Positions 39,465-49,522 are shown, counted from the first letter of the stretch. The stretch is DNA of 64,000 nucleotides from a virus (IMGVR_UViG_3300033120_000925:8723-72722), one strand, 5' to 3'. The notes: a model not told the origin generated them from the sequence alone. Numbers and translations are program-made.

Positions 39465-39795
39465 TGTGTTCTTTTAGGTATAAATCAATCGCCATTTTTG
39501 TTTTCTCCAAATCTTCTTTGAACTGTCCTTTTTTCCTGCAACGAACAATTCTTTTAATTATATCAAATTCCCAAGGGTTTAGTTCTTGGTCATTGCAGAA
39601 TTTATAAATAGAGCCGTTTTCGTTGTTGTAGTGGGAGGGTTTTGCATCGTAACCTTGTAGAATACCTTTATTTAGGTAGGCGTCTTCGATTTCTTTTATA
39701 ATTTTATCGTATTTTTCTCCATATACATAATTAATCTTTGGCATCATCCAAAGAAGATATTCTAATCCTTTTTCTTCTTTCTGTTTTGAATTCAT
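39457..39795 (-). CDS. DUF3310-like phage protein
   Basis: KPSHYN...KRIVRCRKKGQFKEDLEKTKMAIDL. Confidence 0.65.
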   Translation of the reverse strand: MNSKQKEEKGLEYLLWMMPKINYVYGEKYDKIIKEIEDAYLNKGILQGYDAKPSHYNNENGSIYKFCNDQELNPWEFDIIKRIVRCRKKGQFKEDLEKTKMAIDLYLKEHNG

Positions 39796-39797
39796 AT

Positions 39798-40100
39798 TTA
39801 TTGTTTTAGGTCGTTAATTAAAGTATCGTAGAGTTCTTCCGCCGTAATTTCATCGCTGTTTTCAGTGGTACGCCCAAATTCCAAACAATCAATAAAGAAT
39901 TCAATCCTACAAAAGTCCTCAGTCTTAGGGAAATAGATTTGTAGTAGGTCTAAAATCGAGCGTACAAGTAGGTTGTCGTTGTAGGAGCATTTAGTTTTGA
40001 TACCAAACATATCACAGATAGCATCTCCATTTTTTCTATCCAAATACATTTGTTGGCGTAGATTTTCTATTATTTGGCAAAATATTTCTTTGCTTATCAT
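39798..40100 (-). CDS. hypothetical protein
   Basis: Intact ORF, coupled in operon. Confidence 0.65.
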   Translation of the reverse strand: MISKEIFCQIIENLRQQMYLDRKNGDAICDMFGIKTKCSYNDNLLVRSILDLLQIYFPKTEDFCRIEFFIDCLEFGRTTENSDEITAEELYDTLINDLKQ

Positions 40101-40300
40101 ATATTTTTTTTATTAGCGATTTCTTTTTCTAACTCAAAGAACTCCATCCAGCATAGATAATTCCATTCAGGTTTTGGAACTTCCCATAGTCTGTGGTCGG
40201 GATAGTGCCATAATACAGCACTCAATTCAGCGTTTTTGTGTTCCTGTTGCCATTTTTTAGCTAAACGACCTTTTTTTAAACTCAATCCGGTTATGCCCAT
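40097..40300 (-). CDS. hypothetical protein
   Basis: Intact ORF, coupled in operon. Confidence 0.6.
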   Translation of the reverse strand: MGITGLSLKKGRLAKKWQQEHKNAELSAVLWHYPDHRLWEVPKPEWNYLCWMEFFELEKEIANKKNI

Positions 40301-40423
40301 CTATTTTCTGAATTTTATGGTTAAAATCCAAGCAATAATCCCGAACTGAATTTCGTGTAGGTCGATGGCGATTCCGAGTACAAATCCATCGCTTTGGTCG
40401 AATGAGAAACGTGGTTTTTTCAT

Positions 40424-40687
40424 CTACAAAAGATTAAATTTGATATTCCAATTTGGGATTGTGCCTTTTAGGAAATGAGAAATTAAATCCTCTCTTTCTA
40501 CCTGTTGTCTTGCAGGGTTGTTTTCCGCATTTAACTTATAAAGCGATTTCGCCTCTTTTTTTTCTTTCTTCGTAAAGAAACTTTGCGCCTGTTGCAAAAT
40601 ATTTCCTTCGCTCTCATACAAGAAGAAGTTTTTTACGATGTGAACTCCATTTCCTTTTTCCTCTAAAACGTGTGTGATTTTTTGCAT
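40424..40687 (-). CDS. hypothetical protein
   Basis: Intact ORF in operon. Confidence 0.6.
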   Translation of the reverse strand: MQKITHVLEEKGNGVHIVKNFFLYESEGNILQQAQSFFTKKEKKEAKSLYKLNAENNPARQQVEREDLISHFLKGTIPNWNIKFNLL

Positions 40688-40688
40688 T

Positions 40689-40886
40689 TTATTTTTTAGT
40701 TTTTATGGTTACTTTTACTTCTTTCGATTTTGAATTTCGTCGAACCCAATCGTCCAAAAACTCGTAAAGCTCATTTAATGCTACTGAATTACTTTCATTT
40801 GGGCGGTTATACCGTATCGTATTAGGACTTCCTGTCAAGATTTTCGATACCTCGCTGTATTTTATTATTTTCTTAAAATCTGACAT
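40689..40886 (-). CDS. small helical DNA-binding-like protein
   Basis: IKYSEVSKILTGSPNTIRYNR, HTH-like. Confidence 0.45.
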   Translation of the reverse strand: MSDFKKIIKYSEVSKILTGSPNTIRYNRPNESNSVALNELYEFLDDWVRRNSKSKEVKVTIKTKK

Positions 40887-41045
40887 TTCGCTGCTATTTA
40901 AATTAAAAAATGTGAGGTTGAACTAGGCATACGCTCTCTTCCTTCCGTACTCACCCAATCTTTGCGTAGATTGACGCTCCATTCGAGATTTTACCGTAAT
41001 CCAATGGCTTTACCTTCTCCTAGCGGTGTCTAAGGCAACAGTATT

Positions 41046-41429
41046 TTAAAATGGTAAATCTTGATTGTCATCTTCACCACCGGCTTGCGAAGGATTTGTT
41101 TTCGTGTTGTATTGCTCGACTGCGCTATTCGTCGCCGGACTTTGTTTCGATGTGTCTTCTTTTGCGATTCTCCACGCTGATATGGTATTAAAATAGACAT
41201 CTTCTCCTTGTGGGTTTACCCAAATTCTTCCATTGATATTGATGTCAACTTTTACTGCATCTCCTACTTTGTAGCTATCTAATACATCGCATTTGTCTTT
41301 TACAAACTGCATAATAATATGCTGTGGATATTCGCTATCTGTTGTGATTACGAAATCTCTTTTTTTGAATCCTTGAGTTCCGACCTCTTTAGTCGTGTCA
41401 ATCATCTTGATTTTTCCTGAAATGTCCAT
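41046..41429 (-). CDS. single-stranded DNA-binding protein (DUF3127 type)
   Basis: GFKKRDFVITT...YPQHI...VKVDININGRIW...FNTISAWRI, acidic DLPF tail. Confidence 0.85.
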   Translation of the reverse strand: MDISGKIKMIDTTKEVGTQGFKKRDFVITTDSEYPQHIIMQFVKDKCDVLDSYKVGDAVKVDININGRIWVNPQGEDVYFNTISAWRIAKEDTSKQSPATNSAVEQYNTKTNPSQAGGEDDNQDLPF

Positions 41430-41571
41430 TTGTATTTGTTTTAAATTTTAAAATATTTTCGTTTTTTGTTTCCGTACCAAATAAGCCAATCTCCTTCGCT
41501 TGTTCTGTCAAGTCTTGGATGTAGCCAAAACTCTATAATCCCTAAAATGATAATTCCTGTAATCATACCGT

Positions 41572-41763
41572 TTAGTTTTGCTTACTCCAAAAACTCTTGT
41601 GAAACCAACCTATTCTTTCCGGATTTCCTTCCTGCGAAAAAAGAACCTTTATCCTGTCAAGCCTTTCGTCGCATTTTTTTACGGTTCCAAAGTACTTTTG
41701 GCCCTCAAGAACGACGAAAACTCTATCGTCAACTTCAAATCCGGTGCTGTTGAATAATTCCAT
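41572..41763 (-). CDS. hypothetical protein (SH3/Tudor-like)
   Basis: Small beta-rich ORF. Confidence 0.5.
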   Translation of the reverse strand: MELFNSTGFEVDDRVFVVLEGQKYFGTVKKCDERLDRIKVLFSQEGNPERIGWFHKSFWSKQN

Positions 41764-41943
41764 TAGTTTTCTGTTTTTAATTAAATCGGCTTTGATGTTA
41801 TCTCCACCGATTCCTCTCTATCTAGCGGGATTTCATTGCTACTAAGTTTTGTCGGGTGATTTTATTAAGCTGTAACAATCTGAAATCACTTAATCGATTC
41901 GTTACCCATTTTTCCGTCCGACAAAAACTCATTACTTTCCCTA

Positions 41944-42150
41944 TTATGGTTCAATTTTATACTGCGCAAACCCCTTCTGAAACTCCTGATACCGAAACCC
42001 TTTCTGCTTCACCATATTCTTGAAATCTCCGTGTGACATTTCCTTTGTTCCGATGTACTCTCCGGTTTTCTTGTTGTACTTCACTACTTCCATAATATGA
42101 CTTGCAGGGATTAAATCAGGTGCATATTTACTCTTATCTTGTTTTGCCAT
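41944..42150 (-). CDS. hypothetical protein
   Basis: Intact ORF in operon. Confidence 0.6.
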   Translation of the reverse strand: MAKQDKSKYAPDLIPASHIMEVVKYNKKTGEYIGTKEMSHGDFKNMVKQKGFRYQEFQKGFAQYKIEP

Positions 42151-42546
42151 TTACTACCATCGAGTTTCTTTCGGGCAGTTCGCCGACGTTTCCCGCAACT
42201 CCTTCAATAACCACGACCAAAACTCTCTGAACTTATTCATAATTTATTTTTTTAATGTTTCATTCCAATATTCAATAGCTGGGTTTAAAATGACAATATA
42301 CCCTATGGCAAAAAATACCCATCTATACCAATTATGCAGTTGAAAATAAACACCAATACAAGTGAATCCTACCACAAAAAGAATCCCTACTATAAAAAAT
42401 CTTACTGCTTTTTCTTTCATAATTTTAGTTTTTGTTTGATAATATTCCTGTAAACCGAATTAACGGATTCCTTGTTTCCTCCTCGGCGAGTTAAATACTC
42501 CATTACCCTAACTATTCTTTGAAGGGGTGAGGTCTTTTGGACTTTT

Positions 42547-42792
42547 CTACTCATTTTTGATTTGTTTTTTAATGTCGCCAATCGTAAATATTCCTTGAGC
42601 CGTATTGTCTAATGGATAAACTTTTGTTTCGTCTGATAGTTTTGAAGCAATCGGGTTAATCCATCGAATCTCGCTACTCCTAAAAGCCACATCTTCAAAT
42701 TCCACATAATCCCTAATACCTTCTGGAATATCGCCGTATTCGTCCAATTCGAAATCTTCCCCACTAATTAAAATCCCAAATATTGTACTCAT
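42547..42792 (-). CDS. hypothetical protein
   Basis: Intact ORF in operon. Confidence 0.6.
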   Translation of the reverse strand: MSTIFGILISGEDFELDEYGDIPEGIRDYVEFEDVAFRSSEIRWINPIASKLSDETKVYPLDNTAQGIFTIGDIKKQIKNE

Positions 42793-43010
42793 AGCTTTTC
42801 GATTTCGAGTTTTAACTCTTGAAGGCCTTTGATGATATAATCCGAATACCCATCTAAAATACCTTTTCCGTAGCCGAAATGATTAATTGTACCTTGCTCT
42901 AACATTTTGTCAATCGCCACCAAAGCACATTTTTTAGCCACGATATAAGGCACTGTATGGTCAATTTTAAAATCCATTACGAATTCTTCCGCCGTTTGTT
43001 TTTTGCTCAT
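42789..43010 (-). CDS. hypothetical protein
   Basis: Intact ORF, coupled. Confidence 0.6.
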   Translation of the reverse strand: MSKKQTAEEFVMDFKIDHTVPYIVAKKCALVAIDKMLEQGTINHFGYGKGILDGYSDYIIKGLQELKLEIEKL

Positions 43011-43137
43011 AATTTCTCTTCGTTTATTACTAAATACTGAATTCCTTCTTCTGTTCTCTTCACTGTTCCTTTTGGGATGAGTGCCGTCGCTTTTTCGTCG
43101 CCCAATAAATGAAGAGTTTCGGCCATATAGATTACTT

Positions 43138-44343
43138 TCATAGTTTAAGTTTTGAAATTATTTCTACCAAGCAGTTTACTACTATGGAGTTTCCTGCTTG
43201 CTTGTAGGCTTGCGAATCCGAAACATCCCATTTGAAATCTTCGTTGAAATCCATCAATCGGAAGCATTCCGCCGGCGTAAGTCTTCTTATTCTTTGATTA
43301 CTTGTTATTTTTGGCTCTTGCCCACCTCCTTGCATAGTTGTAAGCGAAGGGGAAACTCCGTTTTTACCGTAAACTCTTGAGTTTTGTTCGTGATTACCAG
43401 GTAAATTAAACTCTACAACTACATTATCTTTCTGAACCGTAGTAAGCGCATTACTAACTCCACTTTCGTTTATTTCAAGCATTTGTTCTGTGGGTAATCC
43501 TGAAACTCTACTTAATGGATTTTGTGGATTACGACCTCGAATGGCGCCTATTTTTACTTGATTTATATAAGTATTTGTAATTGGCATTTTATGATAAACG
43601 GCAGGAATACAAGCGGCTACTTCTTCCGAATCAGAATCTAACGGTTTAAACATACCTGAAAACACACCTGTTTTAGTTGCAAAATGATTCAGCATACTAT
43701 CGCTTAAAAAATACTTTTCGTCAACTTCGCTTTCAAGAACATCTTTCAGTCTTTTAACCAAATGAAACTGCTTTGGGAACGAAAACTCATTATCCGAATC
43801 ATCACGAATCCCTATAATGAAAATTCTTTCACGGTTTTGTGGCACTCCGTAGTGTTTTGCATTCATAACCTGGTAGTACACATGATACGGAACGCTATTT
43901 TCGTGAGGGAAGATTACCGGATTACCGTTTACGGTTTTCCCGCCCAAATAATCAATCCAACGCTGAAAAGTCTTTCCGCCATCGTCGCTCAACAATCCTT
44001 TTACATTTTCGAATATGAAGTAACGAGGATTGTTCTTTTGGATAAATTCGTGGGAGTTGTAAAACAAAACTCCTTTATCGATATTTTCCCCTTGACGCTT
44101 ACCGGCCAAAGAAAACGATTGGCAAGGCGGCGAAGTCATATAAATATCCAATGAATCTGACGGAATCTCTCTATCATAAACATTCTCCGGATAGTATTTA
44201 GGCTCACCGTAATTCAAAATATAGGTTTGACGAGCGTATTTATCCATATCACAAGCGAACATCTTGTCCTGAACTATCCCCAATCTCGACAAAGCCTGAT
44301 CGAATGCCCCAACACCGCTAAAATCTGAACCTGTCTTAATCAT
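43138..44343 (-). CDS. DNA (cytosine-5) methyltransferase, orphan
   Basis: Motifs FSGVG, PPCQSFS, ENV, QNRER, C-terminal RRLTPAEC...AGNS. Confidence 0.95.
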   Translation of the reverse strand: MIKTGSDFSGVGAFDQALSRLGIVQDKMFACDMDKYARQTYILNYGEPKYYPENVYDREIPSDSLDIYMTSPPCQSFSLAGKRQGENIDKGVLFYNSHEFIQKNNPRYFIFENVKGLLSDDGGKTFQRWIDYLGGKTVNGNPVIFPHENSVPYHVYYQVMNAKHYGVPQNRERIFIIGIRDDSDNEFSFPKQFHLVKRLKDVLESEVDEKYFLSDSMLNHFATKTGVFSGMFKPLDSDSEEVAACIPAVYHKMPITNTYINQVKIGAIRGRNPQNPLSRVSGLPTEQMLEINESGVSNALTTVQKDNVVVEFNLPGNHEQNSRVYGKNGVSPSLTTMQGGGQEPKITSNQRIRRLTPAECFRLMDFNEDFKWDVSDSQAYKQAGNSIVVNCLVEIISKLKL

Positions 44344-44591
44344 ACTTTATTTCTTTTCATTCGTTCCTCGGCGTCCAACATCCATTTTGGCTTGGCCGGA
44401 GCAGATATTAATTCAGGATTGATTTTTACTCCTTCATTTTTAGCTTTTACTCCCTCATTTACTCCCTCACTCTTAACCAAAACTCGTTTATCCAAAAACT
44501 CCCTAACCATAACCTTAAATTCAGCCACAGAAGATGCAGGAACCTTAACCGGAACTCTTACTATTTCTTCACCGTACTTTAATGGCCTCAT
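44340..44591 (-). CDS. small putative DNA-binding protein (RHH-like)
   Basis: RPLKYGEEIVRVPVKVP; first gene of the leftward operon. Confidence 0.5.
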   Translation of the reverse strand: MRPLKYGEEIVRVPVKVPASSVAEFKVMVREFLDKRVLVKSEGVNEGVKAKNEGVKINPELISAPAKPKWMLDAEERMKRNKV

Positions 44592-44683
44592 ATCTTAATT
44601 AGTTTAGGGTGTCCATAACTACTATTTAGAGGTTTAGGGTGTACTAAACTAATCTCTCTAATAATTCAACAAGGCAAATTTAC

Positions 44684-44710
44684 GCCATTAGTTTCACATA
44701 ACCAAACAAA
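44684..44710 (-). promoter_or_regulatory. promoter of the leftward operon
   Basis: CAAATTTA 44684-44691 (TAAATTTG on minus), CAAA 15 bp further on. Confidence 0.45.
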
Positions 44711-45663
44711 AATGGAAATAATTTCACTTTCAATGGAAACTATTTCTGTAATCCAAATAAAGCCTTGTAAGCAACGATAACCAAAAATCCTATCCAAGAA
44801 CACAGGAATACCCCTTTTCGCTCGTAAGGAAGCGCCTATTTAAGCCTACGAATCTCCTAACGCTGATACTCGTGGGGAGGTTTAATATTAGAGAGAAAAG
44901 AGGAGGGTTGGGGTTATATACCATCATACGGTGTCAATCATAGCAAAGGAAACGTAATAAATTAAAGGGGTGGGGTGTGTTTTTGGTTTTCCTTTCTCAA
45001 ATGGTTTCAAATCGTGCTTTTCCTGGTTCTTATGTGTAAATATTGCAACTAAATTACAAACTTAATCTTATTATGATTAACTATTTTAACGTACAATCGT
45101 AGCAATAGCAAGGCTTAGCCAATTTACAACATCGTTTTACTCCGAGTTTTCTATTCAACATTAGGAAACTATTACGTATTACATTACAATTAAGACCAAA
45201 CAATTATAATTTGAATTAACTAGCCGTGTTTGTTGTTGTGATAGCCTCATACAGCCTATTCTAAACTATTTTTTAGACACGCCTAAATTTAATAATAAAC
45301 GTGTGTTTTTACTCTTGTGTTTTCCTCTTACTGTTTCCTTTCTTTCTTTGGGTAGTTTTGGCGGTATTCCTTGAATAACTTTTGTTTTTGGCTGGATTAT
45401 ATTGTCTATGTTATTTGATTGCTTATAACGTCTTAATTTGATTTGATAGTTTTGGGAGTTTTCGTGTATGATTTTAATTAGATGGTTTTTGTTGTTTGTT
45501 CCTGGTGTTTTACTTATTGTGGTTCTTTGTTTTATTTGGGAGTTTTGATGGTATTATTTTATTTTGTAGGATTTTATTCATAACATTAAATCCTTGTGAA
45601 GTATTGGTTTTACTCACTTTATTAACTTAGTCGTTTGTAAACGGAAATTATTTCACAATATAC

Positions 45664-45694
45664 TTGTGGGATATATTTGTTTGCCATACATTTG
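45664..45694 (+). promoter_or_regulatory. host-type early promoter
   Basis: TTG 45664-45666, N20, TACATTTG 45687-45694, upstream of the first rightward ORF. Confidence 0.7.
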
Positions 45695-45740
45695 CTACAT
45701 CAAAACGAAACAAACATTATTAATCTTATATCTTATTATT

Positions 45741-46106
45741 ATGAACTACTCAAACATTAAAAAATTAGCATTGAATGAATTAAAAGACTCTTTAAATTAT
45801 TCTAATTATGCTATTGGACACAATAATACTTATAATAATGGAAGAGGTAACGAACATTATTTAGAGTATGCAACAAGGTTAAGAGTTACAATTAGTCTTT
45901 TTGAACAAAAATTAAATAAAAGGTTTATTACTCTTTTTGTAAAACTGTTCAAACCTGATGTTTTATTAACACTGAAAGATTGTGATATTTCGCATTGCAT
46001 ATTATCATTATGTAACTACATTAATTTTGAAAGTGGAACTATTGATTTTGATAAAATCAAAGAAAACAATCGTTTAACCGAAAAACAACTAAATTATTTT
46101 AACTAA
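45741..46106 (+). CDS. early hypothetical protein
   Basis: MNYSNIKK start downstream of the promoter. Confidence 0.6.
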   Translation: MNYSNIKKLALNELKDSLNYSNYAIGHNNTYNNGRGNEHYLEYATRLRVTISLFEQKLNKRFITLFVKLFKPDVLLTLKDCDISHCILSLCNYINFESGTIDFDKIKENNRLTEKQLNYFN

Positions 46107-46258
46107 AAACTAAACAAATGAAAACACTATCTAAAATCTTCGACAAAATTAGTTTCTTTCTTTATGGCGGTAAGGCTATTGGAATTTACGCTTAATCGGG
46201 CAGTTTTGCCCATATTTCAAACTCAAACAAAAACAAATAACTCAAAATTTATAACATC

Positions 46259-46588
46259 ATGAAAATAGAACTAATTACCCCAGAACAACACGAAAAACTA
46301 TTTAATATTTATTCAAAATTTCCTGCTTTGACTCTTCAAAATAAAGGTTATGAGTATATTAAAAAAGATAGTTTAACCGACGAAGAAAAAACAGTCTTAA
46401 AAGAAGTTGAAGAAGTTTTAAAAAAATCAATTTGCGGCTTTAGTAGTTTTTCAAATTTCAGACTGGATAAAAATAACGATGTTCAGATACGAATACAATA
46501 TAATTATGGTGCTGAAGACAAAAGCAGTCAATTTATAGGCGCAGGATATATTTTATTAGACGAACTTTTAAACGGATTTAAAAACTAA
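46259..46588 (+). CDS. early hypothetical protein
   Basis: Intact ORF, A-rich leader. Confidence 0.7.
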   Translation: MKIELITPEQHEKLFNIYSKFPALTLQNKGYEYIKKDSLTDEEKTVLKEVEEVLKKSICGFSSFSNFRLDKNNDVQIRIQYNYGAEDKSSQFIGAGYILLDELLNGFKN

Positions 46589-46625
46589 AAATTTCACATT
46601 ATAACAACTTCAAAAAATACTAATT

Positions 46626-46868
46626 ATGATATCAACAAATTTAATCACGTTCGAAATATCATTTCAAAATAACGGTGCGGAAACATTAATTTTCAATGTT
46701 TCAAATGAAAGTTTAAACCAACTTTTAAACGTTTTAAAATCTCGAAAACTCTACACAAGTAAAATAAAAGAGTTTGACAGAACGCAAAGCAAGTTTAAAA
46801 CTGTAAGCAAAAAAAGACTTTTGCAATGTATCGACTATCATACAGAATTATTTGAACTTTTAAAATAA
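46626..46868 (+). CDS. early hypothetical protein
   Basis: Intact ORF, A-rich leader. Confidence 0.65.
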   Translation: MISTNLITFEISFQNNGAETLIFNVSNESLNQLLNVLKSRKLYTSKIKEFDRTQSKFKTVSKKRLLQCIDYHTELFELLK

Positions 46869-46972
46869 CCTTTTTTCCTCCCTTGTAAGTTTAAAGACTT
46901 TTAACCCTTATTCGTTTGGGGCTTGGGAACAATTTTAACAAAGAGTTTTAACCAAATTTAAAAACTATAGTT

Positions 46973-47137
46973 ATGAGAAAGACAATACACCAGTCAAAGA
47001 AAAATAACATAAAAGTTATTAAGGAATTTAAGAAAGATGGCGATTTTACATATTTGATATTTGATTTTCAAGGTAATTTAATTGAAAATTTAGGTAATAG
47101 AAATATTGAGGGAGTTAATAGATATTTAAAATTGTAA
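46973..47137 (+). CDS. early hypothetical protein (54 aa)
   Basis: MRKTIHQSKKNNIKVIKEF..., below the ORF-track cutoff. Confidence 0.5.
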   Translation: MRKTIHQSKKNNIKVIKEFKKDGDFTYLIFDFQGNLIENLGNRNIEGVNRYLKL

Positions 47138-47139
47138 TT

Positions 47140-47379
47140 ATGGAATATAGTATAAAGCATTTAGATAGTGACACGCATAAATCTTACAATTTTACAAGGG
47201 ATTATACGGAAAATTTCAACAGCGACGAAGAAGCATTTTTATTTGTAGCTAAAACAAACGAAAGTCAAAGTTTCTGTTATGGACAAAAAGACTTTTTTAA
47301 TGATGAAGAAATACAAAAAAAGTACGACAAATGGAGAAGCAATTTAACAATAGCTCAATACAAAAATTTAACCCAATGA
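47140..47379 (+). CDS. early hypothetical protein
   Basis: Intact ORF. Confidence 0.65.
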   Translation: MEYSIKHLDSDTHKSYNFTRDYTENFNSDEEAFLFVAKTNESQSFCYGQKDFFNDEEIQKKYDKWRSNLTIAQYKNLTQ

Positions 47380-47591
47380 AAAAGCAACCACAAATAATAT
47401 TTATAATCGTTTTGGGCATCTATTTTTTATTTAATGGATGTTTACCCCGAACAGAAAAGAAAGACTGGCAATTATACGCTATTGAATTGCAGGGGGAAGG
47501 TTGGAGCAAAGAAGCATCGGAACACATTGCAAAAGTAGAATTTAAAATAATTCCAGAAGATAGTCTTTACATAGCTTATATGGAGGATTAG
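47376..47591 (+). CDS. small membrane protein/lipoprotein
   Basis: MKKQPQIIFIIVLGIYFLFNGC signal/lipobox-like; ATGA overlap. Confidence 0.55.
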   Translation: MKKQPQIIFIIVLGIYFLFNGCLPRTEKKDWQLYAIELQGEGWSKEASEHIAKVEFKIIPEDSLYIAYMED

Positions 47592-47636
47592 ATTTAAGGC
47601 GAAAACTCAAATTTCAAATTTAAAAAATCACAAAAA

Positions 47637-47879
47637 ATGGAAAATATAAACATTACAACGCAAGGCGTTAAAGGACAAACAACAAAATCCCAAAATGTAG
47701 GCTATTTATTGGCTTGTTTAAGACACGAACAAGACAGGATTATAATTGATGATTTTGAAGGAACTGGAAAAGAGTACAAACAAAGAGAATTGCAAAAAAT
47801 AGAAATTATCCAAAACGGAAAAGTTTTGTTTAGTGGCGACAAATACGAACTTTTTGAAAAACTAAAATCAACTAACTAA
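47637..47879 (+). CDS. early hypothetical protein
   Basis: Intact ORF. Confidence 0.65.
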   Translation: MENINITTQGVKGQTTKSQNVGYLLACLRHEQDRIIIDDFEGTGKEYKQRELQKIEIIQNGKVLFSGDKYELFEKLKSTN

Positions 47880-47891
47880 ACACATATAAAG

Positions 47892-48203
47892 ATGAAAACT
47901 ACCATATTTTACGAAAACAGTTTTGGAATAATAAGCCAATGGACTGGCGAAATTTTAGAATTGAAAGGAAACGTAATAACTATCAAAACTTCGCCTAAAA
48001 AAGCCTATAAATTCGATTTGAAAGCCAATAGTGAGTTTATGATAGTTTGCAAAAAGAAAATAAAACCTTTACCGCTTTTAAATTCTGAACATCACAAAAA
48101 TTATTGGACTGCATTTGACGAAAAATTACGATTTGACATTTTGCAGGAACTCGAAAAAAACGACAATATCCAGGATTACTGGAACGGAAATAATTTTAAT
48201 TAA
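47892..48203 (+). CDS. early hypothetical protein
   Basis: Intact ORF. Confidence 0.65.
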   Translation: MKTTIFYENSFGIISQWTGEILELKGNVITIKTSPKKAYKFDLKANSEFMIVCKKKIKPLPLLNSEHHKNYWTAFDEKLRFDILQELEKNDNIQDYWNGNNFN

Positions 48204-48217
48204 CACATATAGAAACA

Positions 48218-48466
48218 ATGAAAAACTTTGATATTATTTTGAATCAGGCGAAAAAAGAAATTCTTTCAGACATAAACGAAGGTATTGTTCCTGATACCGT
48301 TGCGAGTTTTAGCGAATTACACGATTTTGTAGATGCTAATTATTACGGTGGTTTTTGTGACGAAAATTACAAAGCATCAAAACACTTTCAGTTTGAGGAC
48401 GAAATCCAAACAAAACTCGACGAATGGATTAAGTCCGAAGAATTTAAAAATCAATTTAAAAAATAG
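48218..48466 (+). CDS. early hypothetical protein
   Basis: Intact ORF. Confidence 0.65.
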   Translation: MKNFDIILNQAKKEILSDINEGIVPDTVASFSELHDFVDANYYGGFCDENYKASKHFQFEDEIQTKLDEWIKSEEFKNQFKK

Positions 48467-48471
48467 AAACA

Positions 48472-49026
48472 ATGGCGAATAACTGCAACAACTGGATAAC
48501 ATTAAATGGTAATGTTTCCGAGATTAAAGAGTTTTCAAAACTTTTAGAGATAGGAGAAAATCAAGAAAACGGTTATGATATTTACGCAAACTTATGCAAT
48601 GAGTTTGGAAAATCGGGAAATGATGGTAGATGGTTTGATATTGTCGTAACAAATGAGGACGAAAATGAAATCACAATTTCGGGAGATAGTGCTTGGTGTC
48701 CTTGCCTTGAATTATTCACGAAAATAAGCGAAAAATACCCATCGTTTGAAATTCATTATGAATACGAAGAACCGGGGTGCGACTTTGCGGGATTTGCGGA
48801 TATTTCAGAAGGAAATTGTAATGACAATCAGTTTACATATTGGGAAGGAAAAGCGGTTAACGATTATGATTATGCCTTTCAAAGCGCATTTGAGGACGTT
48901 TCTTGCTATTGCGACGAAACCGAAGAGGATTTTATCGAAAGTGACCTTTACAAAGCGTTTAAACCCGAAGAACAAAAAGAACTTTTAGAAGAATTTCAAC
49001 GAATGATAACCGAACAAAACCAATAA
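48472..49026 (+). CDS. DUF1281/YubB ferredoxin-like family protein
   Basis: MANNCNNWI...SAWCP...KYPSFEIHYEYEEPGCDFAG. Confidence 0.65.
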   Translation: MANNCNNWITLNGNVSEIKEFSKLLEIGENQENGYDIYANLCNEFGKSGNDGRWFDIVVTNEDENEITISGDSAWCPCLELFTKISEKYPSFEIHYEYEEPGCDFAGFADISEGNCNDNQFTYWEGKAVNDYDYAFQSAFEDVSCYCDETEEDFIESDLYKAFKPEEQKELLEEFQRMITEQNQ

Positions 49027-49028
49027 AA

Positions 49029-49265
49029 ATGGACAACTACGAAAAAATACAGGAAGCAAAAGCATTTCTAAAACAAAACGGATATTACACGGACAATCTT
49101 TGGCACGTTGACGACGTAAAAGCAAGGTTTCAATGTTCCGACGACGAAGCGCAAAAAGTCCTGCACGATGCTTTAAAAAACGATGCTACAATGGAGCAAA
49201 TTAGTTTTGCTATCGGATGGCACGGAGAAGAAGAAAACTTAACTAAAATCGAAGAAAACGACTAA
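49029..49265 (+). CDS. early hypothetical protein
   Basis: Intact ORF. Confidence 0.65.
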   Translation: MDNYEKIQEAKAFLKQNGYYTDNLWHVDDVKARFQCSDDEAQKVLHDALKNDATMEQISFAIGWHGEEENLTKIEEND

Positions 49266-49276
49266 AACTCAAAACA

Positions 49277-49459
49277 ATGGCAAAGACAAAAAAAGAATAC
49301 GAAAGAACAAAGGACAGAATCCTAAACTCGAAACTATCCGAGATTGAAAAAGGAAACCAACTATTTGGGAACTGGATAAATTATATTTGCTCCAGCACCG
49401 AAAAAGCAGAAAGCAACAGCCTTAAATATCAATCCGAGCAAATCCGGGTTAGAATGTAG
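49277..49459 (+). CDS. early hypothetical protein
   Basis: Intact ORF. Confidence 0.6.
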   Translation: MAKTKKEYERTKDRILNSKLSEIEKGNQLFGNWINYICSSTEKAESNSLKYQSEQIRVRM

Positions 49460-49522
49460 GCGAAAACTCAAAAAACAAATTATATTTACAGTAAAAAACA
49501 AAAACCTTAAATTATAGAAATT

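Noticed and set aside
875-44598. Numerous + strand ORFs opposite structural and minus-arm genes (e.g. 3609-4442, 11494-11910, 28956-29408, 43762-44154)
   Set aside because: Antisense shadows of long real genes; F/S/L-rich translations and no initiation context.
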